From Lama guanicoe (Eukaryota): a stretch of DNA of 64,000 nucleotides. Positions 1 through 14,800 of the stretch are shown here, piece by piece. The notes below the pieces were generated by a model that had not been told where the DNA came from, ran no database searches, and saw only the letters and a list, made by a program, of their open reading frames with translations. The stretch lies in assembly GCA_013239625.1 (NCBI GenBank), contig MU056043.1, forward strand, positions 4,692-68,691, in the 5' to 3' direction. The position numbers were made by a program, and so were the translations under genes. The number at the start of each line of letters is the position of its first letter. Positions within the stretch are counted from its first letter, which is position 1.

Positions 1-3000
1 TTTTTTTTTATGATTTCATGTCTTATATTTGAGTTTTTAATCCATTTTTAGTTGCTTTTTGAATGTGGTGGAAAATAGTGGTCTAGTTTCACTCTTTTGC
101 ATGTGGCTGTCCAGCTTTCTTAGTGTCATTCATTGAAGAAGCCATCCTTTCTTATTGTGTTTTCTTTGCTCTTTTGTCATAAATTAATTGTCTATATGTG
201 TGTGAGCTTATTTCTGGGGTCTCAGTTCTGCTCCACTGATATATATGTATGGTTTTCTTCCAGTATCATGCTGTTTTGGTTACTATAGCTTTGTAGTTTA
301 ATTTGAAATCAGAGAGTGTGACATCTTCAGCTCTGTCCTTTTTTCTTGGAATTGCTTCAGCTACTTAGTATCTTCTGTAGTTTCATATAAATATTAGCAT
401 TTTTTTCCTGTTTCTTTGAAAAATGTTGTTGGAATTTTGATATAGATTATATTTAACCTGTGGATTGCTCTAGGTAGTATAGACATTTCGAACTGTTCCA
501 TTTCTTTGTGTCTTCGGTTTATTTCAGCAGTGTCTTATAGATTTTAGTGTACAGACCTTTCAGCAACTTGTTAAAATTTATTCCTAGGTATTTTATTTAT
601 CTGTTTATGTTGCAATTATAAATAGGATTTTTCTCTTAATTTCTCTCTCTTCTAGTTCGTTGTTAGTGTGTAGAAATGAAAAAAAATTGTATATTGATTT
701 TGTATCTTGCAACTTTATTGTATTCATTTATTATTTGTGATAGTGTTTTTTGGTGGAGTCTTTAGGATTTTCTATATAATAATCATGTCATCTGCACATA
801 GTGACAGTCTTAACTTCTGTTCCAAATTGGATGCTTTTTATATCTTTTTCTTTTTATTTCTTTATTTCTTTTTGCCTAACTGCTCTGTCTAGCATTTTTA
901 ATACTGTGTTTAATGAGTGGTGGGAGTGGGCATCCTTATCTTGTTCCTCTTCTTAGAAAAAAACAGCTTTCAATTTTTTATCTCTGAGTATTATGTTAGC
1001 TTTGGCTTTATCATATATGGCTTTTATTATGTTGAAGTACAGTTTTTCTATACCCATTTTATTGAGAGTGCTTTTGGTCATAAAAAAGTGTTGAATCTTG
1101 TCAGATCCTTTTTCTGTATCTATTGAGTTGAATATATGATGTTTATCTTTCATTTTGTTAATGTTACATATGTATATTCATTTTGTTATTTTATATATAA
1201 ATATAATCTCACATTGATTTGCAGATGTTTAACCATAGTTTCATCCTAGGAGTTAATCCCACTTGACCATGGTGTATGATCTTTTTAATCCACTGCTGTA
1301 TTCAGTTTGTTACTATCTGTAGAGGATTTTTGCATATATGTTCATCAGAGATATTCGGCTATAATTTTCTTTTTTTGTGTTGTACTTGTCTGGTTTTGGT
1401 ATTAGGGTAATGATGGCCTCATAAAATGAGTTAAGAACTGTTTTTCCTCTTCAGTTTTTGGAAGAGTTTGAGAGGAATTGGATATTAATTCTCCTTTGGA
1501 TGTTTGGTAGAATTCACCTGTAGAGCCATTTTGGTCCTAAAAATTTTGTTTTTTGGGAGGTTTTTGATTACTGTTTTAATTCCTTAGCAGTGATTGGTCT
1601 ATTCAGATTTTCTGTTTCTTCATGATTTAGTCTTGGAACATCGTATGATTGTTAAGAATTTATTCCTTTCTTCTTGGTTGTCCAGTTTATTGACATATAG
1701 CTATTCATAGTATTCTCTTACAATCCTTCATATTTCTGTGATATCTTTTGTTATTTCTTCTCTTTCTTTTTTGATTTTATTTATTGGAAGCTTCTTCCTT
1801 TTATTTTCCCTAGTGATAATAGCTAAAAGTTTGTCAATTTTGTTTATTTTTCAAAGAACTAGCTCTTCATTTCATTCATCTTTTCTGCTATGTGTTTAGT
1901 TTCTATTTCATGTATTTCCACTCTGATCTTTATTATTTCCTTCCTTCTACTCACTTTGGGCCTTGTTTTTTCTTTTTTCTTTTCCCTAGTTCTATTAAGT
2001 ATAAAGTTTGATTATATATTTGAGATTTTTCTGATTTATTGAGGTAGACTTTTATGGCTATAAACTTCTCCATTGGTATTGCTTTTGCCGCATCCCATAG
2101 ATTTTGGTATGTTGTATTTTCATTTTTGTTTGTCTTCAGGTGTATTTTTTATTTTCATTTGATTGCATAATTGATCCAGTAGTTGTTCAGTAACATGTTC
2201 ACTTTTCCCAGACTGTGATTTTTCTAGCTATTTTCTTATACTTGATATCTAGTTTCATACCATTGTGATCAGAAAAGATGCTTGATATCATTTCAGTCTT
2301 TTTAAGTTTATTGAAATCTTTTTGTGTGTCCTAACATATCATCTATTCTTGATATGTTCCATGTACACTCAAAAAGAATATGTATTCTGCTGCATTTGGA
2401 TGTAATGTTCCATAAAATCTATTAAGTCCATATTGTCTAATGTTTCATTTATTGATGCTGCTTCTTTGTTGACTTCCTGTCTCGATTATCTATTCATTGG
2501 TATAAGAGAGGTCTTAAAATTCCCTACTATTATTGTGTTGCTGTCAGTTTCCCCCTTAGCTCTGTTACTAATTGTTTTTATCCATTTTAGAGCTCCTCTG
2601 TTGGGTGCATATGTAATAACTGTTGTGTCTTTTTGATGAAAAGTCCCTTTTATCATATTATGTCCATCTCTCTCTCTTGTTAACCACTTTTGGTTCGAAT
2701 TCTATTTTGTCTGATAGAGTATGGTTATGTCCACTTTTGTTTGGCTGTCATTTGTATAGAGCATCATCTTCCATCTTTTCCCCTTGAGTCAGTGTTTGTC
2801 TTTAGAGATGAGTTGAGTGTCCTGAAGACAGCATGTACTTGGGTTTTATTTTTTGTTCCATCCAGCCACTCTGTGTTTCAATTGGTGTTTCAATTAAATC
2901 CATTTACATTTAGGGTGATCACTGATTAATGAGGACCTAGTACTTCCATTTTGTGTTTTGTTTTCTGGTTGTTCTATATCTCTGTTGTTGTTGTTTTTGT

Positions 3001-5255
3001 TCTCCTATTGTTTCTGTCTGCCATTCTATTTTGGTAAATTTCTTCCATATTTTTCTCTTTTTTCTTTCTTTTTTATGTGTCTGCTCTAGTTTTATGTTTC
3101 ATGGTTTTTATGAAGTTTGTATAAAACATCTCATAAATAAAATAGTCCTTTTCCTCTTGATAGCATCTTACCTGAATTTGCATCTATGGGTTTTGTCATT
3201 TTTCCTCTTTCTCTTTTATGTTCTTGTCATCTCAAATTATCTCTCTTTATTTTGTGGTTTTATTACCAAAATAGAAGCAGCTATAGTTATTTTTACTGAT
3301 TTTCCCCTTTATCTTTTATTCTAGAGCTAAATGTTAACAACCTACAATTTTCTGATTTCAATTTTATGATTCTAATTTCTCACCTTAAAATTTTATGTAA
3401 TTTTGCCTTTTCATTTCAGGTAGAAGGGCTCTTTTAAAATTTATTGTAAAGCAAGTCTGGTAGTCTAGTGGTGATAAACTCTCTAAGCATTTTTGTTGTT
3501 GTTCTTCTGGGAAAAGCTTTACTTCTTCATATCTGAAGGATAACTTTACTGTATAGAGTATTCTCAGCTGGCAGTGTTTATCTTTCAATATTTTGAAGAT
3601 GCCATTGCACTCTATCCTGGCCTATAGAGTTTCTAGTGAGAAATCTACAGATAGCTTAATGGAGTTCCCTTTTTAGGCTGTCATTCTTTTTTATATGACT
3701 GCTTTTAAAATTCTTTCTTTGTCATTGACTTTTGACAGTTTTAATATATTGTGTCTTAGAGAAGGTCTTTTTGCATTGAGGTAAATAGGTATTTGCTTTA
3801 GCTTCATGAACTTGTATATCTAATTCCTTCCCCATGTTTGGGATGTTATCAGCTATGATTTCTTTAAATAAACTCTCTGTACCTTTTTTCCCTTTTTTTC
3901 TCATTTGGGATACCCATTACCCTAACATTTCCTTTCTAATAGAGTTCTCATAAAATATTTCTTTTTCCTCTTCTTCCTCCCTCCTCATCCTCCTTCTTCC
4001 TCTTCTTCTTCCTCTTCCTCTTCTACATTTATTTTTTCTCTATTTTTCTTTTTGAGCCTGATTATTCTCTCTTCCATATGATCTGGTCTATTTCCAATGC
4101 TTTCTAATGTATCTTTCATCTCATTTATTGAGTTCTTAGCTCCAGAAGTTCTGTTTGGTTCCTTTTAGAGTTTGTCTCCTTGGTATTCTCTCTGTTTAAT
4201 AACTTTATTCTTGAGTTTATTGAACTGTGTTTCTGAGCTTTTTGTAACTCATTGAGTTTTTTCATGACAGCTATTTTGAATTCTCCATCAGTTAGTTCAC
4301 AGTATTTTGTGACTTTAAGTTTGGTTTCTGGAGAATTGTTATTTTCTTCTTGCGATACTGTGTTACTGTGGTACTGTGGCTTTTCATAGTGCTTGATGAG
4401 CTGTTTCTATGCTGTCACATTTGAAGTAGTGAACACCTTTATTATTTAAGTAAATTTAAAAAATTTTACTAATGATTTAATAGATTAGTAATTAGAGGCC
4501 TTTCTTTTGTTTTTCAGTAGGTTCCATTATAACACAAATTTTTAGTTTCTCTCACCTGAGCTGCCACTGGTTATATTTGAGAGTCAGCACTTTGTACCCT
4601 CTGCCACCTTTGCCAGAGGTATCACTGGTTCCCTCGTTGTAGTTGCTTATGCCCTTGTGCTATTGTTACTGTTGTAGCTGGCATCATTTCCTGGGCATTG
4701 AGATGGCAGGCACCTCCACTGTGTCCAAGATCTCCTGAGTCACAGGCTCTGCTGCATTTGGGGAGAAGGGGAGGATAGGGAGTCTTTGGTGCCTCTGCTG
4801 CATCTGGAGTTACTGAGTTTGCAAGTCTTACTGCTGTGGATGGAGAGGACTGGAGTTGTAGGTACCTTCATGGTTGGTAGGACCAGTTGCAGGCCCCACT
4901 GCCACTGCTGTCTGGTTCCCTGTGGCAATGGGAACCACTTCAGCTGAAAGGCTGGAGGCTGGAGTCATGTATGCCTCCTTCCCTGCTGCTACCTGGTTCT
5001 CTGGGGCTATGGGCTTAGTTGCTATGGCCAAGGGTCCAGGACCACAGGCACTGTCTCTGCTATTCCTTTTATTTTGCCTTCTCTATGTGTCCCAGTCCAC
5101 CCACCTTTATGTGTACAGGTGTGTGGAACTCCCTGGTATCCAGGTATGTTGGGCCAAATCACTTTTGTTGAGTTATGGATGTTTTACTGGTTATAATTTG
5201 AAGGAGAGAGACAAGGAGAGCATCTCATGCCATGTTGATGCTTATGGCACCCCCT
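1..5255 (-). mobile_element. Decayed LINE-1: 5'UTR, ORF1 and 5' part of ORF2; runs off the window start
   Basis: Minus-strand ORF1 remnants (RILYTVKLSFRYEEVKLF at 3385-3588; SLFKEIIADNIPNMGKELDIQVHEA at 3722-3904), endonuclease start SVITLNVNG near 2900-2925, RT-region remnant ([18 protein letters not shown] at 953-1153), GC-richer 5'UTR at about 4500-5255; many stops. Confidence 0.93.
3960..4023. repeat. CTT/CCT low-complexity tract inside the L1
   Basis: Directly visible imperfect (CTT/CCT)n. Confidence 0.8.
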
Positions 5256-5417
5256 TATTTCTAGTTCTATGACTGTTGTTAGCATATAGTATACACTTAT
5301 AGTATACTAGGAAATTTATAAGCATACTCACTTTTAAATTTCACAACAGTACAAAACTGAAGTTCAAAAAATTTAAAAAAATAATTTCTCAAGGTTACCC
5401 AGTAAATGTCAAGAACT

Positions 5418-5868
5418 ATGAAAAGTCTGAGATTGTACTTGATTTACAGTTTAACAATTTATCTGCCACAGTTTCTTGGATGGTGATAGAAGACACAAGA
5501 CTCTTGGATCAGAAACCAAGGAGGGTTTATTATTCACAGAAATGTCAGGAGACAGAGTATCAGCATTTTTGCCAGTTCTCCAAACCCCAGATCTCATAGA
5601 ATGCATGAAGAGTATGAGATACCTGCATATGTAATATGTGTTATTATAGGAGAGGGATCATGAGCTTATAGAAATTAAATCCTTTATAATGGGCATGCCT
5701 GCCCGTTGCTCTTGAGAGAGGTCCTTTCTCTTTTTCCCAAGCTTTTAAACAAACAGCTTTCTCTTGGTAGAAGACATTGTTTCTGTGCCCTGAGCCTATC
5801 TGCTATGCAAATGTCTTTGAAAAGATAGTATGGTACAAAGAGAAAGACAGTTGGAATCTCTGCTCACA
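5418..5868. mobile_element. Old solo LTR, MER77/MER21-group-like
   Basis: Resembles my recalled consensus (tctgagatt...ctgccacagtttc..ggatg..agaagacacaagactc..gatcaga..caa.gga..tttatta.tcacag); subfamily uncertain. Confidence 0.55.
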
Positions 5869-6244
5869 GATGTACATCAATGTTAGAATTCAATGAAAAA
5901 ATTTCTTGCAGTTTGGGGTGTGGTGAGGATGCCAGATTTGATGCCATTCTGTCAGGTTCCAAAGCCTTAGCTTGTTACCATTTGATACTTCACCAAAGTT
6001 TTTTGCATATCTCTTCAGAAATGTTTTATTATAAGAGAGTAAATGGAGTTTTATAGTTTAATCATTCAAAAGATGTTTATTTAGTTTTTAAGGCACAAAA
6101 CGCCCTGAGTCAAAAGTATTTATTAAGGTACTTAAAGCCAAGAAGAATTTTAAGAGGTTTCAATGGAGTATTTCTAATACTACGTGAAAGTTAATTTCTG
6201 TTGTGGTACTCCTTCCTTTCCTGTTTGGTTCAGGTAAGAGCCTG

Positions 6245-6425
6245 TGGGGTCAGAAGGATCTGAATCTAAATACTGATTTTGCTACTTACTGACTAGACCC
6301 TTTGAGCAAAAATTGTATTATTTTGGAAACTATTTCTTTAGCTATAATAGAATGAATAGATAGACAGAAATACCAAAATCACAGTACTGTTGGAGTTTAA
6401 TATGATAGCATACATAAAGTGCCAA
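6245..6425 (+). mobile_element. MIR SINE remnant
   Basis: gtcagaaggatctgaatctaaatactgattttgctacttact...ttgagcaa core. Confidence 0.55.
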
Positions 6426-6819
6426 TTGTCTACTGAGTTACTTAAGTAGCTCCCCCTTTCCACTTTTCATTAGTATTTCTTATCATCTCTTTAAAGAAAG
6501 GAATTACAGTTAGCAAAACCTGGATGGATAATATCATTTATCTTTATATCCACATCTAACCCTAAAGCCAACACTTCTATTTTTGTTGTTGGTTTTGTTG
6601 CCATTTTGTTTATTTTTGCCTGAGTGTATACTCTACTTCCCTACTCCTCATCCCCAAGACTCTTCATGCTTATTTCCTTTGACTTGCATTCTAACCTCTG
6701 TAGCTTTTTAATCTATCAAAACATGACACCCACTGTTTTTTTTTGAAATTCAGTCTGCTTAGCTTCAGTTTGCCAAACTCATCTTTTCTTTTCTTCGACA
6801 ATAATACTGATGACTACAG

Positions 6820-7050
6820 TTACTCATTCAAATATATTTATTAAGGGCCCACCCTATGCAAAGCATTGTTTTATGTGATGAATATAAAAATATGATTAAG
6901 AAACACTTCTTGTATTTAAGAATCCAGTTCTAATAGGGCTGATCATACTGTAATCAGATTGTGATAGTAATGTGTGATAATTGCTTTAATATCAGAATCT
7001 ATAGACTGTTAGGCACCTTGAAAAGGAAGACCTTAATTCTTCCCAGTTGA
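6820..7050 (-). mobile_element. L2 3' end remnant
   Basis: cattcaaatatatttattaag...ctatgcaaagcattgtttta L2-tail pattern. Confidence 0.5.
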
Positions 7051-8852
7051 GTGGAAGGAAGTTCAGGTGCTTTAAAAGAGAAAATTTCAGAGGCCTTGCT
7101 AAAAATACAAACTATACAGAGAAATAACTTTTTCAGTGAGGCAGTAATTTTTCTTTCTAGTCTCAAAAGTAGTTCTCATATGTTATTAATATTCACCAGG
7201 TAAAGGTAGAGTCTGTGAAGTGATAACTTCATAGAGCACATGATCTAGTTTTCTAAGGAGCAATTTACCACCCACTAACCACTTTTTAAATTGAAGCTTA
7301 AAGAGTAGACAAATAGTATATTTGGATGTTGTGTGGTTGTCATTTTAAGAAAAAGAAAATATAGACTTCAATTCATGGCTTCCCTCCTCTACTTTCTGCC
7401 ACTTGATAGCATACTGACTCTTTAATTTATAACTTTGCAGGGTGCTGATAACACTGTAATGATTTGCTTATTGCTTTCCTTAGAGTTTACGTATTCTTGA
7501 TGAAACTGTTACTTCCAGAGAGTTCCTTTGATGCTTCCTAATCATGATAGTTTAATTAAGAATGAATGCCACATCAACCTAGAGGGTATGATGCAAGGGT
7601 TTTTGTATTTGTTCATGAGCACGATGAATTTTATCAACACCATCTGTTAGTATTCATAAAGTCAATTAATTGCCTGATGCTGGGCTAAACAGTACTATAT
7701 AAAAAATGAATACAAATTCCTATGCTCTAAGTCTGGAATGAAAATACCTGGCATACATGCCTTTTCTGTACTTCCTCCTTTAATAGACATTTCCATGACA
7801 TTTATTCACACTGAGCTTTAACATGGTCTCAGAGTCCTTCTTAACTTGGTGTTCTCAACACTCCTTACAAATTAAGAGTGGTTGACAGACAAGGAGAAAT
7901 GGATTTGCTATTCCTAGATTAAACATTCTAAAATTCATAATGATATTCTATATTCAGAATGGCCTTTTGGTATACATAACCTAGGGCAAACTAATAAGTG
8001 TATGTGAAAGTTACACATAAATTATAGTGTCATAAATGCACCTAAACCTGGATTCACACAAAATCAAACCATTGATGATGGAAGAATTAGCATATTAAGA
8101 TTTAATGAGTCAATCATAGAAAATTTAAGTTTATATTAGCATGAATTTTAGATTAATTAGAGAAAAATTTAAAGGATGTTATATTTTCTTGTTGACTGAG
8201 TATATTTATAACCAAAAGTAAAGATAACAGTATTCATATGAGGTTTCAGGGAAAGCACTGATCAGTGAAGGGATACGATGTTGTAAAGTGTCGATGGAGT
8301 TTACTTTTATGTGGCAGGTGAGATCCTTTTGAGCAACGCTTGGATGTTAGTGACGTAGATGCCATACACTCAATTGGTGCCATGTGACCTAAACCAAAAT
8401 TTTCACAGTGCAGCTAAGCAAAAGGGCTAATGAAGAAACTGTTGCTTCTGACAAAGCAAAAGAAGTTGAAGTTAGCGAGATTAACAATGAGAGTGAAAAG
8501 GGTTTTCCAAGTTTTATTCTTGGGAATAAGACTGCCTTATACTGCAACGTGGTATATAAGAGAAAATAGCTGATAGAAAAAAAGCTGCAACTTGTTTTGT
8601 CAAGACAAAATTTTATTCTCCTGCTAGAAACCTGGATCAACAATCTGGATAAAAATGTGTGATACCAAAACATGGAATTAGGATGAACAATTAAGGACTA
8701 TAGTTGGAGAAGGGGAAAGAGGAGGAAAGGTTTAGCCAGTTGTTTTCTGTATGCAAATCATACCAAAAGCCCTCCAAAGAAATGGCAACGTCTAATCAGA
8801 GGCTGTAAGTAAAACAAATCAACCTAGCAGAGTGTGTAACAAAAAAGTAATA

Positions 8853-9079
8853 TAGTCATCCCTCTGTATCTATGGTGTATGTGTTCCAGAACCCACTGGG
8901 AATGCCAAAATCCGTGTTTACTCAGGTCAAATAGTCAGCCTTCTGTATCTACAGATTCAGCATCTGTGGATTCAACTACCTGAGGATCTTAAATATAGTA
9001 GTAAGTATATGTACTGAAAAAAAATCTGTGTTTAACTTCACCTGGGCAGTTCAAACTCGTATTGTTCAAGTGTCAAGTG
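8853..9079. mobile_element. Tigger-derived MITE (MER2-like)
   Basis: Starts tagtcatccctctgtatc...ttccagaaccc...ccaaaatcc; ends cagttcaaactcgtattgttcaagtgtcaagtg followed by TA. Confidence 0.7.
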
Positions 9080-9787
9080 TACCTGTAAAGGACACAGTGT
9101 TGGGGCTGGTGTAAGGAGGCTAGTAAAGTGTGTTCATTGTGTTTCTATGTTCTCATGCTTAGTACTCTGGAAACCATCTGAAAAAGGCATTAGAAAACAA
9201 AAAATATAATTGATTCTTTGTATATGTCCTGATTACACACTTATACATATATAAATGCTGAGGAATGATATTCAGAAATATACTACATTTATAATGCATC
9301 TGGTTATTGATAAAACCCAAGTAAAAAGTAATTAAAAAGGAAGAAAACTGGAAAATATTTTATTGAATTAAAACCCAAAACACATAAGTAACTCAGTGCT
9401 ATGCTTCTGTTCATTCCCATGTAGTGCTTAAACTTAATAATCTGAGAATTGAAAAATGAAACTATTTGTTTTTGCAAAATTTCCTGTACTCTATCTTAAC
9501 AAAGTTGTTTTTCTGTTTGTTGTAACATTACTTTTTAAATATTTTTCTTTTGAAGCTTAATCTGTAGTTCCTTTTTAAAAAAATGCCTGATAAAACCTAA
9601 TAAATTGCCATCTGTTTTTCCTTAAATCCACTCCCAAAGAAGAGACTGTTTTAATGTAACTCACTGAATCATAGAAAGATTAGTATTAGTAATAAACTGT
9701 TCTATGCCAAATGACAAAAAATTCTCAAATGCACAGTTCAGTATCAAAATGTCATGTCAGGCCTTGCATTAAGAAATCTTTCTGAGA

Positions 9788-10660
9788 TTTCTCCAGTCAA
9801 GATGGCAGAGTAGTAGGCCCACGAGCTCACCTTTCCCCGTGACTACAACAAAATCACAACTGACTGCTAAACAACTATTGAAAAACAAAAGACTGGAACC
9901 TAGCAAAAAACATCATCTTCAACTGAAAACATAAAGAAGGAACCACAATGGGACTGTAGAAGGGGTGTACTCTCTATATAATTGGACCCCATCCCCCCTA
10001 GGGTAGACAACCCATAAGCTGAAGAATAATTAAGTCACAGAGGCCCTACCAGAGGAGTGAGAGTTTTAAGCCCCACGTCAGGCTCCCCAGCCCAGGGTTC
10101 TGACATTAGGTGGAGGAGGAAACCCCAGGACATCTAGGGTTGAAGGCCAGTGGGGCTTAACTCCAGGAGCCCCATAGGACTGAGGGAAACAGAAACTTCA
10201 CTCTCTTGGGAATGTACACAAAGTCTTGCATGCACCAGGTCCAAGGGCAGAGGCAGTGATTTCATAGGAACCTTGGCCAGATCTGCCTGCTAGTTTTGGA
10301 GGGTCTCCTGGGGAGGTAGGGCACTGCTGGAGTGTTCATCTACATGAGCTTTCCTGGAGGCTGATATCCTGACTGTATCATTAGCACCAAGACCTAGCCC
10401 CACCCAGCAGCCTGTAGGCTGAAGAGCTAGGAAGCCTCAGGCTGAACAACATATTGGGTGAGAATATAGCCCTGCCCATCAGCAGACTTCCTGAGCTACA
10501 AATGCCTCTAGACATGGCCCTATCCACCAGAGGTCCAGGACCAAGCTTCACCCAGCAGTGGGCAGGCACCGACTCTTCCTGCCAGGAAACCTGCATAAGC
10601 CTATAGTGCAGCCTCATCCACCAGGGGACAGACACCAGAAATATGTGCGAAAAAAAAAAC
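9788..10660 (+). mobile_element. Isolated L1 5'UTR-like segment
   Basis: Begins ccagtcaagatggcagagtagtagg...gagctcacc...aaaatcacaact, typical of laurasiatherian L1 5' ends; ends in an A-run at about 10650. Confidence 0.65.
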
Positions 10661-11669
10661 CCCAACTTTTTGAGAATTGGGGCTTTTATAGTTTGATTTA
10701 GTTGATTTCCAAAGATGTTATTTTAAATATTATCTTAGGAAATCTTTTACCACAGACTTTGAGTTTTTCTACTACACTTACATTACTATCTGGGCAACAT
10801 TATTTGGGCTAAAATCTTTCATTAGTCCTGTCATTTCACATAAAGGAATTTGGTCTCTTTATGTGAACTGCTACACTTGATAGTAATAAGGAAAAGATTT
10901 TCTGATTGCCTTTTAATAAACAAGCAAGATAAGCATAAGTCATTTGATAATAGGTTTATTTTAACACCTCAAAGACTGGCAGCAAAATCCTAGTGATACC
11001 AGGCCACAAGGAAAAATTTCTAAGTGTCTCAGGTGACTTGCTGTATCTTCATCTCTTCCAGGCTGTTCCATCAACAGTCAGGCCAGCACTCAGTCACCTT
11101 CTCATGTACCCTAACCTTGTTCTGAAAAGTCTCTTTGTGTGATAAAAGAAAATGAAAACATCCTGATTAAATTGGTTTAGTAATGTCCAGCATGATGGAC
11201 CAAAGGATGCACAGTTTGTCTGTAAGGGATTAAGATCTGTGAGATGATTGGCCTTCCCACCATGTATTACTTGAATGTGTTGTTTCTTATGTCAGAAATT
11301 GAATTTTTTTTGTCTATCTCAGGAGATTGTGAATGTTAGAGAGACTGGAATAAATGAGATAATATTTAAAAAATATTTAATGCCTCACACATAGAAGATA
11401 CTCAGAAGTTGCAAATTGTTCCCAAATACATGAAAAAGTAATTTAAAAATAATATAAAAGTAAAATATATCACGTGTTATATGTGTGTTTAGAATATTTT
11501 AAAATATCTCTTGACAGTTAAACATGTGCCTATAGCTCTGAAATATTTTCTTTAAAACAAGAGAGCAAAAAACTCTGGAAAGGGTGGATTCTGAACTAAT
11601 AAAAATTTTGGTTTGCTTTGCATCTGTGCCACTGAGAAGACATAGAACCTTTATGGAGATATTTATTGT

Positions 11670-11810
11670 TTCAGATCTCAGTTTTCTCATCTATATAATA
11701 GGGGAGTCCTTAGTACTCTATAGTTATTATAATGAGTATTATATTAGTTAATGTATGTAAAATGCCGTATCTGTAATATTTAACAATAAGTTGATTATTT
11801 ATTGTCATCA
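11670..11810 (+). mobile_element. MIR remnant
   Basis: tctcagttttctcatctatataataggg...atgtaaaatgcc...aataa. Confidence 0.65.
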
Positions 11811-14800
11811 ACAAAACAGGCATTTGAAAACTGATAGTACCAGATAATTGACATATTTAGGTTCTAGGTCCATACAGGCAGAGGAATTAATTTTTCTCAG
11901 AGTTGTAGTGGTTAAGGGGAACTTTAAACTCCATATTAGCCTAACAAAATAGGTTGGGATCAGGAAGTAATACACATCATTAGTGAAAATATGTTTCCCG
12001 TGGGTAACAGCATTTCTGAGTCATTCATTTCTAGCGGTTCTTTCATGTGAAATATACTTAATAATTAAACTGGTATCTGTTAAGAAGTCATTACACAGAT
12101 GTCATACAAATAAGTACCATGATGGATGAAACAGACCTATGTCTCTTGAAACTCATAGTCTGTTGAATATGGGCCCTTTTTGGGGGGTGATGATCCATTT
12201 TTTGACCTGGGTTATTGCTCAAATATGTGTACTCTAGTTCCATGCATAATGTGGAGTTCTCATATAAAAGATAGGTGCTGGCCTTCTGTGTGTTTCTGAT
12301 ATTTAGAGAAGAAAATCAGTGCTTTCTACTTTTACCATATAATTGCTACTGCAACTAACAGGTCATGCCTTTAATGTTGAATTCACACATTATTTTCCCC
12401 ATTTGGTATTTCTGAATTATATCTTCCTCCATTCAGGAAGCTATTTACTTTTTTTCACTTTTCCATCCTGTATATAATAACTCAAACATTTTTGTTGCCT
12501 TACTCTATGGTCCAACAAAAATTCCTTCACCTGTCATTCTTAGTTTAAATTAATCCATTTTAATTGACAATAGTGGGGAGTTGTCAACATAATTTTTCAT
12601 TGGTAATAGAAATAGTAACTATTTTAGTTAGAATTAGAATGACCTATAAAATAATACTTTGAAGAAAAATGCTCTAGATTTAGTATCTAAGTCCACGTTC
12701 TACTAAGTATCATAGGGGGAGAAATGGCGATATTAGAATATCAGCATTTCTAACTTTCACAATCTTATCCCTATGATTAGCATGAATATTTTATTACCAG
12801 TAGTATATAGTCATGGTTTTATAAGAACATTTCCTTTTCTACAGCTAAAAGCACAAGATTGGTACTTGGCCACTTATAATTGTTATGTATAATAATGTAC
12901 ACTACTATTTTAAGTCTTAAATTAGCTACTTGCCTGACAGATAACAAAGAGTATCGATTGCATTTACCATACTCAATTCTGTACTCTCTGAAAAAGGATG
13001 AGAAATAAACTTGAGAGCAGACACGCAGCCCAAGTGTATGGAACATAAGTGCACCATTAGACCAAGGAAGATGTAGGACAGCTTTCAGGGAGCTTAGGGA
13101 AGAGCTTGTAACTCTTCGAAGAGGAAGGAGGAAAAAGTAGTTACAAGTCAGGTACATAAGGCCTAGACAAATCCATGACCAGATGGAAACATTCTTGAAT
13201 TCTACTGCTGCTGTGTTTGCAAGCACCTCATTTGAAGACCAGAATTGTTCCCCAGCTTATATGTTATCATGCCATTTACAAAATCAGAGTACGGATCTTA
13301 GAGCAGGAGGACCACTCTAAAGCAATAGGATATGATAATTACAGAAGAAAAATAGGTGGGGAAAGTCTGATTGTTCCAATCTTAAAAGTTATGAAGCTAT
13401 GTGTAAAACTTGTAAAAAGTGAGGAAGCACAGGGATGCTGAAGAGAACAGACTTCAGAGGGAACATAAAGGAGGCTGCCTAGATTTTGAGAAAGCAGTCT
13501 CCGAGCATGAGATTGTGCTGTTGGCACAGCAATCACACAAGTGACTGAAAATTGTTGAAGTTTTTTATGGCCAATGACTTACACAGGAGGCACAAATCTC
13601 TGTTAATTGTATAATAAGCGCATTGCTAAAAGCCTCCTATGAATTAAGCAGGGGAGACCAGTTAAAGGGGTAATGGTTTACTCTTTACCTGTTAAGTGAC
13701 TATCACCAAGTTTGGCAGCCAAACATGAAAATAAAGATCAAAAGAAAGTGGACTTTTTAATCATGGATGGCTTTCAAACTCCATAAAACTCTATGCCTCT
13801 TTAGCGTCATGGAAAATTTTACATATTATTGCACTTAGGATTTTCATGGTTAGCACACAGTTTAAATGAGATACAGTGGAAAAGTGACAGCAGGGAAAGT
13901 ATGAACGGCACATGCTTATCAATGCCCTGAGTCATCATTGTGGCAAGAAAATGACCGAGCTGATTGCTACACATCCTGTGTTGTTTTTGTTTTTGTGTTT
14001 GTTTTTGTTTTAAGGGGCAAGAAGAGAGATCCTGTATGCACAATGGAAAATAATGAATGGCAACTCAGGTGTTATACTGGGCAGTATTGGAAAGGAAGTG
14101 TTATACATATAAATTTGGTCAGCTCCTTGGGTGTCCGATGATTTGAGGCCCACTTAAAAGGATGCCTGCTCTCTAACCAAAAATACATCTCTCACTTATT
14201 GAGGTGTCTAAAATTAACACCATCCTTCATCAGTTTGGATTTGTAGATGGAAAGGAAGACCCTAGCTCTACTGAGGAATGAGATAAAGAACCCTGAACAG
14301 CATGAAGGTGCTTTGTATTCAAAAGAAGACACAGAAAGGGCCGCAGAGAGGAAGTGGAAGGGCCTCAGAAATAGTTCTTCCGAATACTGTCCAAGAATTT
14401 GGTCCAAATGGAATGAGTGATGCTTTCTATCCTTTTACCTTACTCACTGAATTGGCCATTTTGGCCTCAGTTATTCTTGCTGCTTACCAAGTTGTGTTTT
14501 GTGTATTTCTTATGAAGTCTTTGTTTCTTTTTGAAAAGTAATTTTGCCATTTGTCGCCTTTCCTGATCGATTCCTTTCTAGTCACCGTTAATGACTATTG
14601 ATTGTGACAACTTTCAGCTTCAGATGGAGTAACTGCCTTAATATAGAGAGATTTTTTTATATCCAATCCAAATATAATTTTACCTAAATCTCTCGAATAT
14701 GTTTCAGATACAGCGTTTATAGGAACTATATGCATACACTATAGAAACGTTTGTATATATCTTAAGACACTTGCTCTGTCTAGACAGTTACCCTTATCTA

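Noticed and set aside
14247..14420. 57-aa ATG ORF behind an AG
   Set aside because: No recognisable homology and no convincing donor
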